Part shown: piece by piece, positions 17,815 to 26,292 of the stretch | Numbering within the stretch: position 1 is the first letter of the stretch | How the letters are laid out: each line of letters starts with the position of its first letter | Source of the DNA: Chthoniobacteraceae bacterium | Lineage (GTDB): Bacteria > Verrucomicrobiota > Verrucomicrobiia > Chthoniobacterales > Chthoniobacteraceae | Assembly (NCBI GenBank): GCA_031409655.1 | Contig: JANNXQ010000062.1 | Coordinates: 1-34,624 of the forward strand | Direction of reading: 5' to 3' | Length of the DNA: 34,624 nt | Program-made: the position numbers and the translations under genes | The notes under the pieces: model-generated | Told to the model about the DNA's origin: nothing | What the model saw: the letters and a program-made list of their open reading frames with translations, nothing else | Database searches by the model: none

Positions 17815-18422
17815 CGACTCCGGACTCCGAAAAATATCTGCTCCGCTGGAAAGGCCGCGCGCTCGGTCCGTTCACGTTTGTGGAGATCACGGACCAGCTC
17901 CAGGCCGGTGAGATCAGCCGGCTGCATCAGGTGCAGCAGCGCGGTGGGTGGATGCTCCTGGATGACTTTCTCGAGAAACGCGAAGTGCGGTCCAGCGCGG
18001 CTTCGCGCGGTGCTCCGACGCCAGCAATCGCCGAATCCGAACGCGGGTCCGGCGCAGAGCCTTCACCACTCGCTCATTTGCTCCCGAAGGAGCATCGGCG
18101 GGAAGTCGCGCCCCTCACCCACCCAGCGGCGCCCCGTGCTCCCCAGCCACCGCTGCCTCCTCTCGCTCCCGGCGCGCTGCCTCGCACCAGTCGTCTGGCG
18201 ATGGCCGCGCTGATCCTGAGCTTTTGCAATGTCATCCCCTACGTGCTCTTCGTCGCGTGGCTGCCGTCGCTCATCTGCGGGCACCTTGCGCTGGCGCGGA
18301 TGAAGCGCGACCCGGCGCTCGGTGGTTACGGGATCGCGATCACCGCGCTCACGATCACGTACTTCCTCCTCGTCGTCGGCGCGACTTTCGGCGTCCTCTG
18401 GCTCCTGCACGAGAAGCCGTGA
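17811..18422 (+). CDS. GYF_2-like + Pro-rich linker + DUF4190-like membrane protein
   Basis: GTGA overlap with GGAGG upstream; YLLRWKGRALGPF...L.AGEI; TSRLAMAALILS...ICGHLAL......GYGIAITAL. Confidence 0.8.
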   Translation: MTTPDSEKYLLRWKGRALGPFTFVEITDQLQAGEISRLHQVQQRGGWMLLDDFLEKREVRSSAASRGAPTPAIAESERGSGAEPSPLAHLLPKEHRREVAPLTHPAAPRAPQPPLPPLAPGALPRTSRLAMAALILSFCNVIPYVLFVAWLPSLICGHLALARMKRDPALGGYGIAITALTITYFLLVVGATFGVLWLLHEKP

Positions 18423-18459
18423 GTTGAGCTGAGCTTCGCTTCTCAGACCTTCGAGAAGA

Positions 18460-19503
18460 TCAGGGATGCGCGCGGGATTCTTCGGCGATCCGGCGCGCGA
18501 TGAGGCGGCTGAAAATTTTCGAGCCCTCGGTATTCAGGTGATCGGTATCGAGGCGGTGCTCGAGGCGGTAGAGTTCGGGAAATTTCTCGATGTCGGAAAA
18601 GTCGAGGATGAGCGAGCGACTCACCGTGGCAGGGAGCGGAACGAAGTTTCGTTTGGAGGTCGTCGGCGGCACGACGAGGACCGCGCGCGCCCCGAGACTC
18701 TCGATCTTGCCAATCATCCGGGTGAGCGCCTCCTGACTGACGGCATCGCTGGGGTATTCCGCGGCGGGTTTCGCGCTGCGCTCAGCGAGTTCGCGTTCGT
18801 ATTCCTCGAGGTCGCTCCCGCCGATTTGCTCGGCGCGATCCGCGCGCTCCCAGCCGCCATCCTCGAAGGTGCTTTCCTGGACGGGTGCCGTGGGCTTGAG
18901 GAGACGATCCGTGAAGGGCGTGCCGCGACCGAGATGCGTCGCCCGCTCGCCCCACATCTTGAGGAAATCCAGGAGCCGTGGCCATTCCTCGACGAGGCGT
19001 TGTCGCGTGAATTTCCAACCCGTCTTTTTGGCGTCGAATCGGGGCGCGAGGAGGCGGCGGAAAACCAGCGCCGTGCGCTCCCAGTCGCGCCAATACACGG
19101 AGCGAATCGTGCCGCGAGTGCGATCCACACCGGTGCCGAGGCTGGCCAGTTCGAGCACCACCCAGCGCAGAGATTTGGGCGGGTGCCGGAGGATCGTGTC
19201 GAGGAAGTAGGCGTCCTCGGGCGGGTTCATGCCGGCGACCGCGGCATTGAAGGTCCGCGTGGGGAGCGCTCGCGCGGTCGTCTCGGCATCGAAGATGGAC
19301 GGGATGATCTGGTAGGCGATGCGACTCGAGCCGATGAGCAGCGTGTCGTATGCGTCGTGATGAAGTGCGAGGTGCTCGATCTTGGGCCGCGCGATGGGCA
19401 CATCGGGAAAGGGGAGCCAGCGGCCGATGATCTGGCAGACCCCGACGAAGGCCACCCCGAAAGCCAGCGCGCTGAGCCAGGAGTGGAGGTGGGGGAACTT
19501 CAT
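18460..19503 (-). CDS. SGNH-like hydrolase/acyltransferase (DUF1574/DltD-like), N-terminal anchor
   Basis: DTLLIGSSR, TFNAAVAG, DTDHLN (DxxH). Confidence 0.65.
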   Translation of the reverse strand: MKFPHLHSWLSALAFGVAFVGVCQIIGRWLPFPDVPIARPKIEHLALHHDAYDTLLIGSSRIAYQIIPSIFDAETTARALPTRTFNAAVAGMNPPEDAYFLDTILRHPPKSLRWVVLELASLGTGVDRTRGTIRSVYWRDWERTALVFRRLLAPRFDAKKTGWKFTRQRLVEEWPRLLDFLKMWGERATHLGRGTPFTDRLLKPTAPVQESTFEDGGWERADRAEQIGGSDLEEYERELAERSAKPAAEYPSDAVSQEALTRMIGKIESLGARAVLVVPPTTSKRNFVPLPATVSRSLILDFSDIEKFPELYRLEHRLDTDHLNTEGSKIFSRLIARRIAEESRAHP

Positions 19504-20531
19504 GGCGCGGCCTGCAAGATCAGACCGAAGCGCTCGGCGAGAAGGTCGGTAAAAAGCGCGGCACCGCGCGGGTTGAAATGCCAGGTGTCATACCGGAGCT
19601 CCGGATCATAGAGCTGCGGATATTTCTGCGGATCATTGAAGGCGATGAAATGCGCACCCGAAGGTGGCGGGGCGAAGAACTCGCGGGCAAGCACGGTCGG
19701 AGAGAGGACGAAGATCGGCTGCGCGCCCGCGGCGCGAACTTCCGCGATGAGGTCACTCATCGCGGTGCGGAGGACTGGACTGAGTTGCGCGAGTGGTGGG
19801 TCCGTCTGCAAGCTGCTGACCCTTTGAGCGTAGTCTCCGCGAGCCTCGGCGGGCAGTACATCGGCGGGCCCGGCCTTGTAGCCAGCGGTCTCGCGCCAGT
19901 CCTTCGGGGGTGCCCAGTCTTTCTTTTTCCAGGCGAGCCTTTCCTCGAACCACACTGCGCCGCGGCCGAAGTTCAGGAGCTGTTTCGCGAAGAGCGCGGC
20001 GTGATCGGCGAGCAACCGGAAGCGGACGCGCGTCGGTTCGGTGGAGCGCAGGATTTCCTCCACGGCCATGCGGGTGTGGCGCCAGTCGTGCCAGTAGGCC
20101 ATGCGCATGGTGCCGGTGTATTGCTCGTTCAGTTGCGGGTCGATATCCATCATGTCGATGAAGACCCAGCGGAGCCGCGTGGGGCGCAGGGCAAGGATCT
20201 GGCGCAGCATGAAGTAGCTCTCCGGCGGCCACATCGCGTCGTAGCCGAAATTAAAGGAGCGCAAGGGCTGTCCGGTGCTGGCGGTGACCGCGGCGTCAAA
20301 CTGCCGTGGAATGATGTGGTGATAGAACCGGCTCGAGCCGAGGAAGAGCGTGTCGTAGGCGTCGCGCTGCTCGGCGAAGTGGAGGTACTTCTCGGCGATG
20401 CCCGGCGGACGCGGAAAAGGGAGCGCGTGATAAATCGCCGCGCAGACGAGCACGCAGGTGCCGCAGAAAAGCGCGGCGTCGCGAGCGGCGCGGAGGGCGC
20501 TCGGGAGCGGTCGGAGCGGCGAGGCGACCAC
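19500..20531 (-). CDS. SGNH-like hydrolase/acyltransferase, paralogue of the downstream gene
   Basis: DTLFLGSSR, SFNFG, DTWHFN; ATGA overlap. Confidence 0.65.
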   Translation of the reverse strand: MVASPLRPLPSALRAARDAALFCGTCVLVCAAIYHALPFPRPPGIAEKYLHFAEQRDAYDTLFLGSSRFYHHIIPRQFDAAVTASTGQPLRSFNFGYDAMWPPESYFMLRQILALRPTRLRWVFIDMMDIDPQLNEQYTGTMRMAYWHDWRHTRMAVEEILRSTEPTRVRFRLLADHAALFAKQLLNFGRGAVWFEERLAWKKKDWAPPKDWRETAGYKAGPADVLPAEARGDYAQRVSSLQTDPPLAQLSPVLRTAMSDLIAEVRAAGAQPIFVLSPTVLAREFFAPPPSGAHFIAFNDPQKYPQLYDPELRYDTWHFNPRGAALFTDLLAERFGLILQAAP

Positions 20532-20540
20532 GCTTCCGAG

Positions 20541-21470
20541 CTACGGCACTTTCTTCGGGGCCGGTGGCTTGGGCTCGATGTAGGGGGGATTCGTCAGTGC
20601 TTCCGGCGCGGTGTTCTTGAGGTTCGGGGGCACCTCGGCCGACACTTCGCCGAGCGCCCAGCGGATGCCGCCGACGAGGATGTCTTGGAAGATGGGATTG
20701 GTCCAAACGTCCTCCCGATGCCCCATCGACGTGTACCAGACGCGCCCGCGGCCTTCCTTGCGTGCCCAGGTGTTGGGGTAAGGTGGACGCTGATATTCCA
20801 CGCCTTTCATCGTCGGTGCATTGATGACGGTGAGGACGTGGATGTCGGACGTGAAGTCCTTCAGCGAGTACCATTCTTCCTGAAAGGAGAACTCGGGGCC
20901 GACGTTCTCGAAGCCTGGAAATTTCGGATTCGTGACGGTGTTTTTGGCCTGCTGTTGCGCGCCGTGTTTGATGAATTCGCCACCGAGGAAGCGCACATAG
21001 GCGTCGGCCTTTTCCCCGTGATTCACATAACGCTCGGGTCCCTTCTTGTCTTCGTTGTCGGTGTGAAAGGTGTCGCTCGCGGAGTGCGTGCCGATGAAGC
21101 CACGACCGCCTCGGACGTAATCAAAGAGCGCCTGCTTGCCGGCGGGCGACATCGGCGGCTGGTGATCCGTGCCTGCGGAGCAGAGGTCGCCAGTGGTGTA
21201 GAAAAAGACGCTGTCGAACTGCGCGAGATAGGCGGGATCAAACTTCGAGCCGTCTTTGGAGAAGGTAAATTCCCAGCCATGCTTCGCGCCGAGTTCGAGG
21301 AGGATTTTCTCCGTGTGGCTCGGCTGGCCGCTTTTCCACGAAATCACCGGGTGCTCGAAGCCGCTCGATTTGCTGAAGAAGAGGATCTTCTTCGGTGCGG
21401 CTGAGGCCGTGGAAACGGCGGCGGCGAACAGGGCGAAGGTGAGGACGGAGGGGAGGAGTTTTTTGAGCAT
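20541..21470 (-). CDS. Secreted ThuA-like domain protein
   Basis: Signal peptide MLKKLL...ASA; KILFFSKSSGFEH, GGEFIKH, EEWY, GRGRVWYTSMGH. Confidence 0.85.
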   Translation of the reverse strand: MLKKLLPSVLTFALFAAAVSTASAAPKKILFFSKSSGFEHPVISWKSGQPSHTEKILLELGAKHGWEFTFSKDGSKFDPAYLAQFDSVFFYTTGDLCSAGTDHQPPMSPAGKQALFDYVRGGRGFIGTHSASDTFHTDNEDKKGPERYVNHGEKADAYVRFLGGEFIKHGAQQQAKNTVTNPKFPGFENVGPEFSFQEEWYSLKDFTSDIHVLTVINAPTMKGVEYQRPPYPNTWARKEGRGRVWYTSMGHREDVWTNPIFQDILVGGIRWALGEVSAEVPPNLKNTAPEALTNPPYIEPKPPAPKKVP

Positions 21471-21578
21471 GGCGCGGCGGAGGTTGGGAGCGGAGGGATT
21501 CGCAAAGCAGGGGAGAAGCGATAGCCGCAACCGGCTGAAGCCGGAACCAAAAAAGTCCGGCATTCCGGAGCGCAGGAA

Positions 21579-22841
21579 TCACCAACCCGCCGGCAAGTCG
21601 GGGAGCGTTGTTTTTAAGATCCCGCGGATGGCCTGCTTCTCGGTGGCGGGCAGGTAGCTGTATTCGCGGTCGGGGCGCTCGACGCTGAGCGCTTCCCGGA
21701 GGCGGCGGTAGATGGACTGCTTCATCAAGGGCGATAGACCCGTGAAGACCGGACTGTAAATCATGTAACTGCAACGCTGCCGGAAGAGCCGCGTCCGCAG
21801 ATCGAAATCCTTGAGCGAAAGACCGGCGGCGGTCGGGCGGCGGGTCTGGAGGAAGTCGCGTTTGAAAGCGGTGTCGCCCTGAAGACCGGCGGCGGGGAGC
21901 GGGACTTCATCGGCGAAAAGCAGGTAGCGGGTGACGAGGCGCGCCTGCTCGGCGAGTTCGGCGGTGTGAGCCGGGGTGAGGCGATCGCCATCGGTGTGCA
22001 GCGCGGCGCGGGTCCGGTAGTTGGCTTCGACCACGCGATTCACAAAGCCCGTCTGATGCTCAAGGAGCAACTGCGGGAGCACATCGCTCGTCGCCACGGG
22101 ATACTTCGCAAAATCAAAAAGCCGGCCGGGTTCGAGGGCGGTCTTCGACACTTTGCCCTCCGACATCCGCCCGATGGTGTTCCCCCAATGCTCCGCGAAG
22201 CCGCTCGCTCCGGTGACGTACCAACCGCCGAAGCGCTGCTCAAAGGGGATGCCGTGCCCGCTCTGCGCCTGGCGGAAACTGATGAGACTCCCGCCCGTCG
22301 GGCCGGGCACCACGGATTTCACGAGGAGGCCGGGGATGTGGCCGGTGTCCTCGCCGATGTGGCAATTTGCGCAGCGATCCGAACGCTCGATGCGGATGGG
22401 CTGCCCGCCCCGGGGGATATCGAAGATGTAGAAAACCGCACCCGCTTCCGGGTCGAGCGAGACGATCTCGAGCCGGGCGCCGGGGATGTAGCCGATGTAG
22501 AGATCCTCGTTGAAAAAGAGGGCGCGCGGATTGCTCGGCGTGATGTAGCGCAGTTGCAGGCTCGTGGTGGAGAAGACGAGCATCTGCGACGAAGCGGGCA
22601 CACCGAAGACTTTGAGCAGGCTGAGGAGGAAGGCTTTCTCGCTGCTGTTGTCGAGCGGGATGCGGCCGGCCTCAAAGTCGCCCTTCATCTTGGTGAAGCG
22701 ATCCTGCAAGGGCCGCTGGCTGTAGTTGTGCGGAGGCTGCTCGACGTCGCCTTTGAAGGGCTCGGGAACAGCGGCTGACAAGGCGCCGCTGAGGCTGAGC
22801 AGGAGGACGATCGAGAGGTGAGGGATCAGGCGATGGGACAT
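21579..22841 (-). CDS. Secreted hypothetical protein with a single CxxCH motif (putative c-type cytochrome)
   Basis: Signal peptide; SQMLVFSTTSLQ, NPRALFF, RCANCH, RFGGWYVTG. Confidence 0.65.
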   Translation of the reverse strand: MSHRLIPHLSIVLLLSLSGALSAAVPEPFKGDVEQPPHNYSQRPLQDRFTKMKGDFEAGRIPLDNSSEKAFLLSLLKVFGVPASSQMLVFSTTSLQLRYITPSNPRALFFNEDLYIGYIPGARLEIVSLDPEAGAVFYIFDIPRGGQPIRIERSDRCANCHIGEDTGHIPGLLVKSVVPGPTGGSLISFRQAQSGHGIPFEQRFGGWYVTGASGFAEHWGNTIGRMSEGKVSKTALEPGRLFDFAKYPVATSDVLPQLLLEHQTGFVNRVVEANYRTRAALHTDGDRLTPAHTAELAEQARLVTRYLLFADEVPLPAAGLQGDTAFKRDFLQTRRPTAAGLSLKDFDLRTRLFRQRCSYMIYSPVFTGLSPLMKQSIYRRLREALSVERPDREYSYLPATEKQAIRGILKTTLPDLPAGW

Positions 22842-22944
22842 GGACGATGGAGCGAGCGGGAGGAACGCGCGGGTCGTTGCTTTCCTCCAGTCCAATAGTC
22901 CGCGAGCGCGCCCGTCCATTAGTGTCTTCGTCGCAGGGATCGAC

Positions 22945-24762
22945 TCAGCCGTGGATGATGAGCTGGATGCTTTCCGGCAGGCCCGAGGCGACTTGGGTGA
23001 TGACGTCGCCTTTCAGGAGGCGCGCCATGGAGAGGCGATGCGAGGCGCCGAGCATTAGGTAATCGACGCCGAGGGTGGCGGCGGAATCGAGGATCGTCGA
23101 AGCGGGTTCGCCGCTCACGGCATAGACCGGGAGCACGGGGACGCCGAGTTCCTCGCCGAGCTTCAGGCAGAGCGACATGATCGCGGCGGCTTCGGGATCC
23201 TCCTGCCACTTCGGTCGCCCGGAAGCGCCCGCGGGGCCGCTCAGGAAGACGGCGACCTCTCTCACATAGAGCACGCAAAGGGTGGCCTTTTTCAGGGCCG
23301 CATACTCGAGCGCAAAGCGCAGGACGGGCGTCACCCCGCGCGCGGCCACCATCACCTTCTGCCCTTCCTCACAGCGCGGGCGCAGCATCTCGATGGACTC
23401 GGGCGAGACGAGCTTCGCCGCCTCCGCGGAGACGGTGACGGTCTTGAGTCCCACTTTCTTGTGCGAATACGCCCGCACCGCGAGGCCGATGCCGAGCACG
23501 CAGATCGCGAAGAAAAGCGCGTGATCCATGACGTAGGCGATCGTCAACCAGACGGCGGCCAGCACCACGGCCGTGAGGGTGAGGAGGACGCGCTCCCAAC
23601 CAGCGATGACCAACTTCCGATTCATCGAGCAGGAGCCGAGATTCACGGTGATCGCACCGACCACGCCGATGGCATAGAGGGCGGCCAGGGCGTCGAAGTC
23701 TTTCGTCAACGCCAGGATGAGCACGGGCAGCGCCGCGGAGAAAAAGAGCGGCAGTGTCGGGACGCCGTAGCGATTCAGTTTCGTCATCGGGCGCGGAAAT
23801 TCGCCGTCCAGCGCCATCATGTAGAAGACGCCGATGAGGGCGACGATCGACGTATTCACCGCACTCAGGAGGAGCACCCCGAAGACGATGCCCACGACCA
23901 TCCCGAAGGCCGAACCCACGGCTGCATTCGTCAGCTCGGTGGCGAAATGCTCGCCGAGGAAACGCAGCATGTCCTCCTTGTGCGAGAGCAACTCGGGCTG
24001 GAGGGATCGATCCAGGGAGAGCATCGCCCAGCCGAGCACGACGGTGGCGAGGACGACTTCGACCGCCACGATGAAGAGCGCCTTCGAGGCCGTCTTCGAA
24101 ACCTGCGGCGTCGAGGGGTCCGTGCCGGGGTTCGTTTTCATGACCCCAGTCATACTGGCGATCGCCTCGACACCGCTCAGCGCCAGGATCACCTGGACGA
24201 ATTGCGTCCACATCGTCCCGAAGCCGCCGACGGGTGCGGCGAGATGCACGGTGGTCAGATGCGGGATGCTGATCGCCATGATCACGACCACGCAGATCGC
24301 CGTGGGGATGGCCATGGCGATGGACATGCTGCCGCTGTGTTTTGGGCCGAAGTAATTGACGGCGCCCAGGAGCACAATCGAGCTCATCGTGGCGATGGCG
24401 ACGGAGTCTTTCGGCACGCCGAAATAGCTCATCGCCGCCCAACCGCTGAGTGCCGCAGTGACGAGGAAATTTGCGATCAGCAGCAACGCCCCAACGGCAG
24501 CGAGCAGGCGGCTCTGCTCCCGGGCCGCGGAGTAAACTCCGCCGCCATCGGGGAAATTCCGGCAGACGATCGAGTAGTTAAAGCCGACGATCGCCGTGAG
24601 CACTGCGACCGCGATGATGATCGGCAGCGAAGCGTAACCCGCGGCGACAAAGGCGAGGCCGAGGACGTAGGCCTTGCTCGTGCCCCAGTCGCCGTAGAGC
24701 AGCGCTGCGGCGCGCTTCCAATCCACATTCCGGGGTCTATGCGCGTCGATCGAGATGGCCAT
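22945..24762 (-). CDS. APC-family permease fused to a C-terminal universal stress (USP) domain
   Basis: About 12 hydrophobic segments, FPDGGGVY, ALSGVEAI; C-terminal VDYLMLGAS...LLKGDV. Confidence 0.85.
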   Translation of the reverse strand: MAISIDAHRPRNVDWKRAAALLYGDWGTSKAYVLGLAFVAAGYASLPIIIAVAVLTAIVGFNYSIVCRNFPDGGGVYSAAREQSRLLAAVGALLLIANFLVTAALSGWAAMSYFGVPKDSVAIATMSSIVLLGAVNYFGPKHSGSMSIAMAIPTAICVVVIMAISIPHLTTVHLAAPVGGFGTMWTQFVQVILALSGVEAIASMTGVMKTNPGTDPSTPQVSKTASKALFIVAVEVVLATVVLGWAMLSLDRSLQPELLSHKEDMLRFLGEHFATELTNAAVGSAFGMVVGIVFGVLLLSAVNTSIVALIGVFYMMALDGEFPRPMTKLNRYGVPTLPLFFSAALPVLILALTKDFDALAALYAIGVVGAITVNLGSCSMNRKLVIAGWERVLLTLTAVVLAAVWLTIAYVMDHALFFAICVLGIGLAVRAYSHKKVGLKTVTVSAEAAKLVSPESIEMLRPRCEEGQKVMVAARGVTPVLRFALEYAALKKATLCVLYVREVAVFLSGPAGASGRPKWQEDPEAAAIMSLCLKLGEELGVPVLPVYAVSGEPASTILDSAATLGVDYLMLGASHRLSMARLLKGDVITQVASGLPESIQLIIHG

Positions 24763-25014
24763 GAAAGTGGGAGCAGGAGAGATGGCTCGGAGGGGCCGCG
24801 AGCGCTGGGGCCAAAATACCGGGGTCAGCGCAAGGGGCTTGCGGTGGAGGCGGTCAGGGGAAAGAGGGCGTTCACAAAAGCGGCTGCGGGCGACGATCTA
24901 GGCGAGCCGGGAAGGTGCGTCAAAGACATAGTCGTCGATCCGCCGCCGCCTCCCTGCGGTCGGCGGCTTCTTCCTTTGCATCCTAGCCCCAATGCGTGGA
25001 CGATCTTCGTTCTT

Positions 25015-25596
25015 ATGAGTTCACCAAAGATCGTTGCCTTTGCCGGCAGCACCCGCACCGGTTCCTTTAATAAACAACTCGTCGCCATCGCCGCCGACGC
25101 CGCCCGTTCGGCGGAGGCCGAAGTCACCGTCGTCGATCTTCGAGACCTCGCCCTGCCGCTTTTCGATGAGGATCTGGAAGCCGCGGATGGCTTGCCCGCG
25201 GGCGCGAAAAAATTCAAGGCGCTGCTGCGCGCGGCCGATGGCTTGCTCATCGCGTCCCCGGAATACAACAGCTCCATCACGAGTGCGCTGAAGAATGCCC
25301 TCGACTGGGCGACCCGTTCCGAGAGTGACGACGAGCCGCCACTTGCCGCCTTCCGGGGCAAGACGGCCGCGCTCCTGGCCGCCTCGCCTGGTGCTCTTGG
25401 GGGCTTGCGCGGGCTGGTCCAGCTCCGCGCGATCCTGGGCAACATCGGCGTGCTGGTGCTGCCCGACCAGGTCGCGATCTCTGGGGCGCATGAGGCCTTT
25501 GATGAAGCCGGGAAACTGCGGGATGAGCGCAAGGGCAAGCAGGTCGCAGATCTGGCGCGGAATCTCGTCGCGACGATCAGTAAGCTGCGCCGCTAG
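25015..25596 (+). CDS. NADPH-dependent FMN reductase
   Basis: FAGSTRTGSFN, SPEYNSSI...LKNALDW, ASPGALGG. Confidence 0.92.
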   Translation: MSSPKIVAFAGSTRTGSFNKQLVAIAADAARSAEAEVTVVDLRDLALPLFDEDLEAADGLPAGAKKFKALLRAADGLLIASPEYNSSITSALKNALDWATRSESDDEPPLAAFRGKTAALLAASPGALGGLRGLVQLRAILGNIGVLVLPDQVAISGAHEAFDEAGKLRDERKGKQVADLARNLVATISKLRR

Positions 25597-25616
25597 CCGA
25601 GCCGCGGCGGCCCGGG

Positions 25617-26174
25617 CTACGGTGCCGCGACTTCAGTCGCCGAGCCGCTGGTCCACTCGCGGGTGGAGGCGTCAAATTTCAGCACCGCCTGCCAGGCCGC
25701 GGGGCGGGGGACGCCCTGCGAGTCGATGATCTCGCCGCGGAGGAGGACCTTGGCGCGGTCGGGTGGCTGCATCTCCACGGCCGCTTTCTTGAGTTCCGCA
25801 AATTCCACCAGCGAGCCTGGCGGCAAGGCCCCGGTGCGCACGGCATCGCGGGCGCGCCAGTAGGCCGCGCGGGGCGTGAAATCGTGCTGATTCGTCTCGC
25901 GCCAGCCAGTGATCGTGATCGGGCCGAAGAATTGCGCGAGCACCAGCAGGACAAGACCCACGGCGAGGGCGATCACCGGCTTGCGCCAGCGATTCGGCAC
26001 TTCGCGCCGGACGACCAGCGTCGTCACGGGCTGCCATTGTTCGAGCCCTTCGCGCCAGTAGAGCGTTTCCTCCGCGATCAAGCCGGAGTTCAGCAAATGA
26101 TCCACTTGCGGCGCGGTGTAGGGCCCGCGCTGTTCGCCGTGGATGTGGAGATAGAAGATCTCGGGGGAACTCAT
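25617..26174 (-). CDS. GYF_2 (DUF4339-like) domain membrane protein
   Basis: FYLHIHGEQRGPY...GLIAEETLYWREGLEQW, followed by a TM segment. Confidence 0.85.
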   Translation of the reverse strand: MSSPEIFYLHIHGEQRGPYTAPQVDHLLNSGLIAEETLYWREGLEQWQPVTTLVVRREVPNRWRKPVIALAVGLVLLVLAQFFGPITITGWRETNQHDFTPRAAYWRARDAVRTGALPPGSLVEFAELKKAAVEMQPPDRAKVLLRGEIIDSQGVPRPAAWQAVLKFDASTREWTSGSATEVAAP

Positions 26175-26292
26175 CGTGGCGCGGGCTTTGGGAACGGCGC
26201 TCGGAAAATCATGGCACGCTCAGGCTGGATACTAGCAGGTCCGCCGCCCGCCGAGCGGAGAAAGCCAGGGGTGATGGCGAGGACGGCCGCCT

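Noticed and set aside
19578..21404. 608-aa plus-strand ORF (likewise 32838..34472 and 6278..7774)
   Set aside because: High-GC antisense shadows of well-supported genes
23461..25014. N-terminal extension making a 711-aa FMN reductase fusion
   Set aside because: Antisense to the APC permease; the reductase motif starts at ATG 25015
24763..25014. c-di-AMP riboswitch upstream of the KimA-like transporter
   Set aside because: No ydaO consensus elements visible on the minus strand
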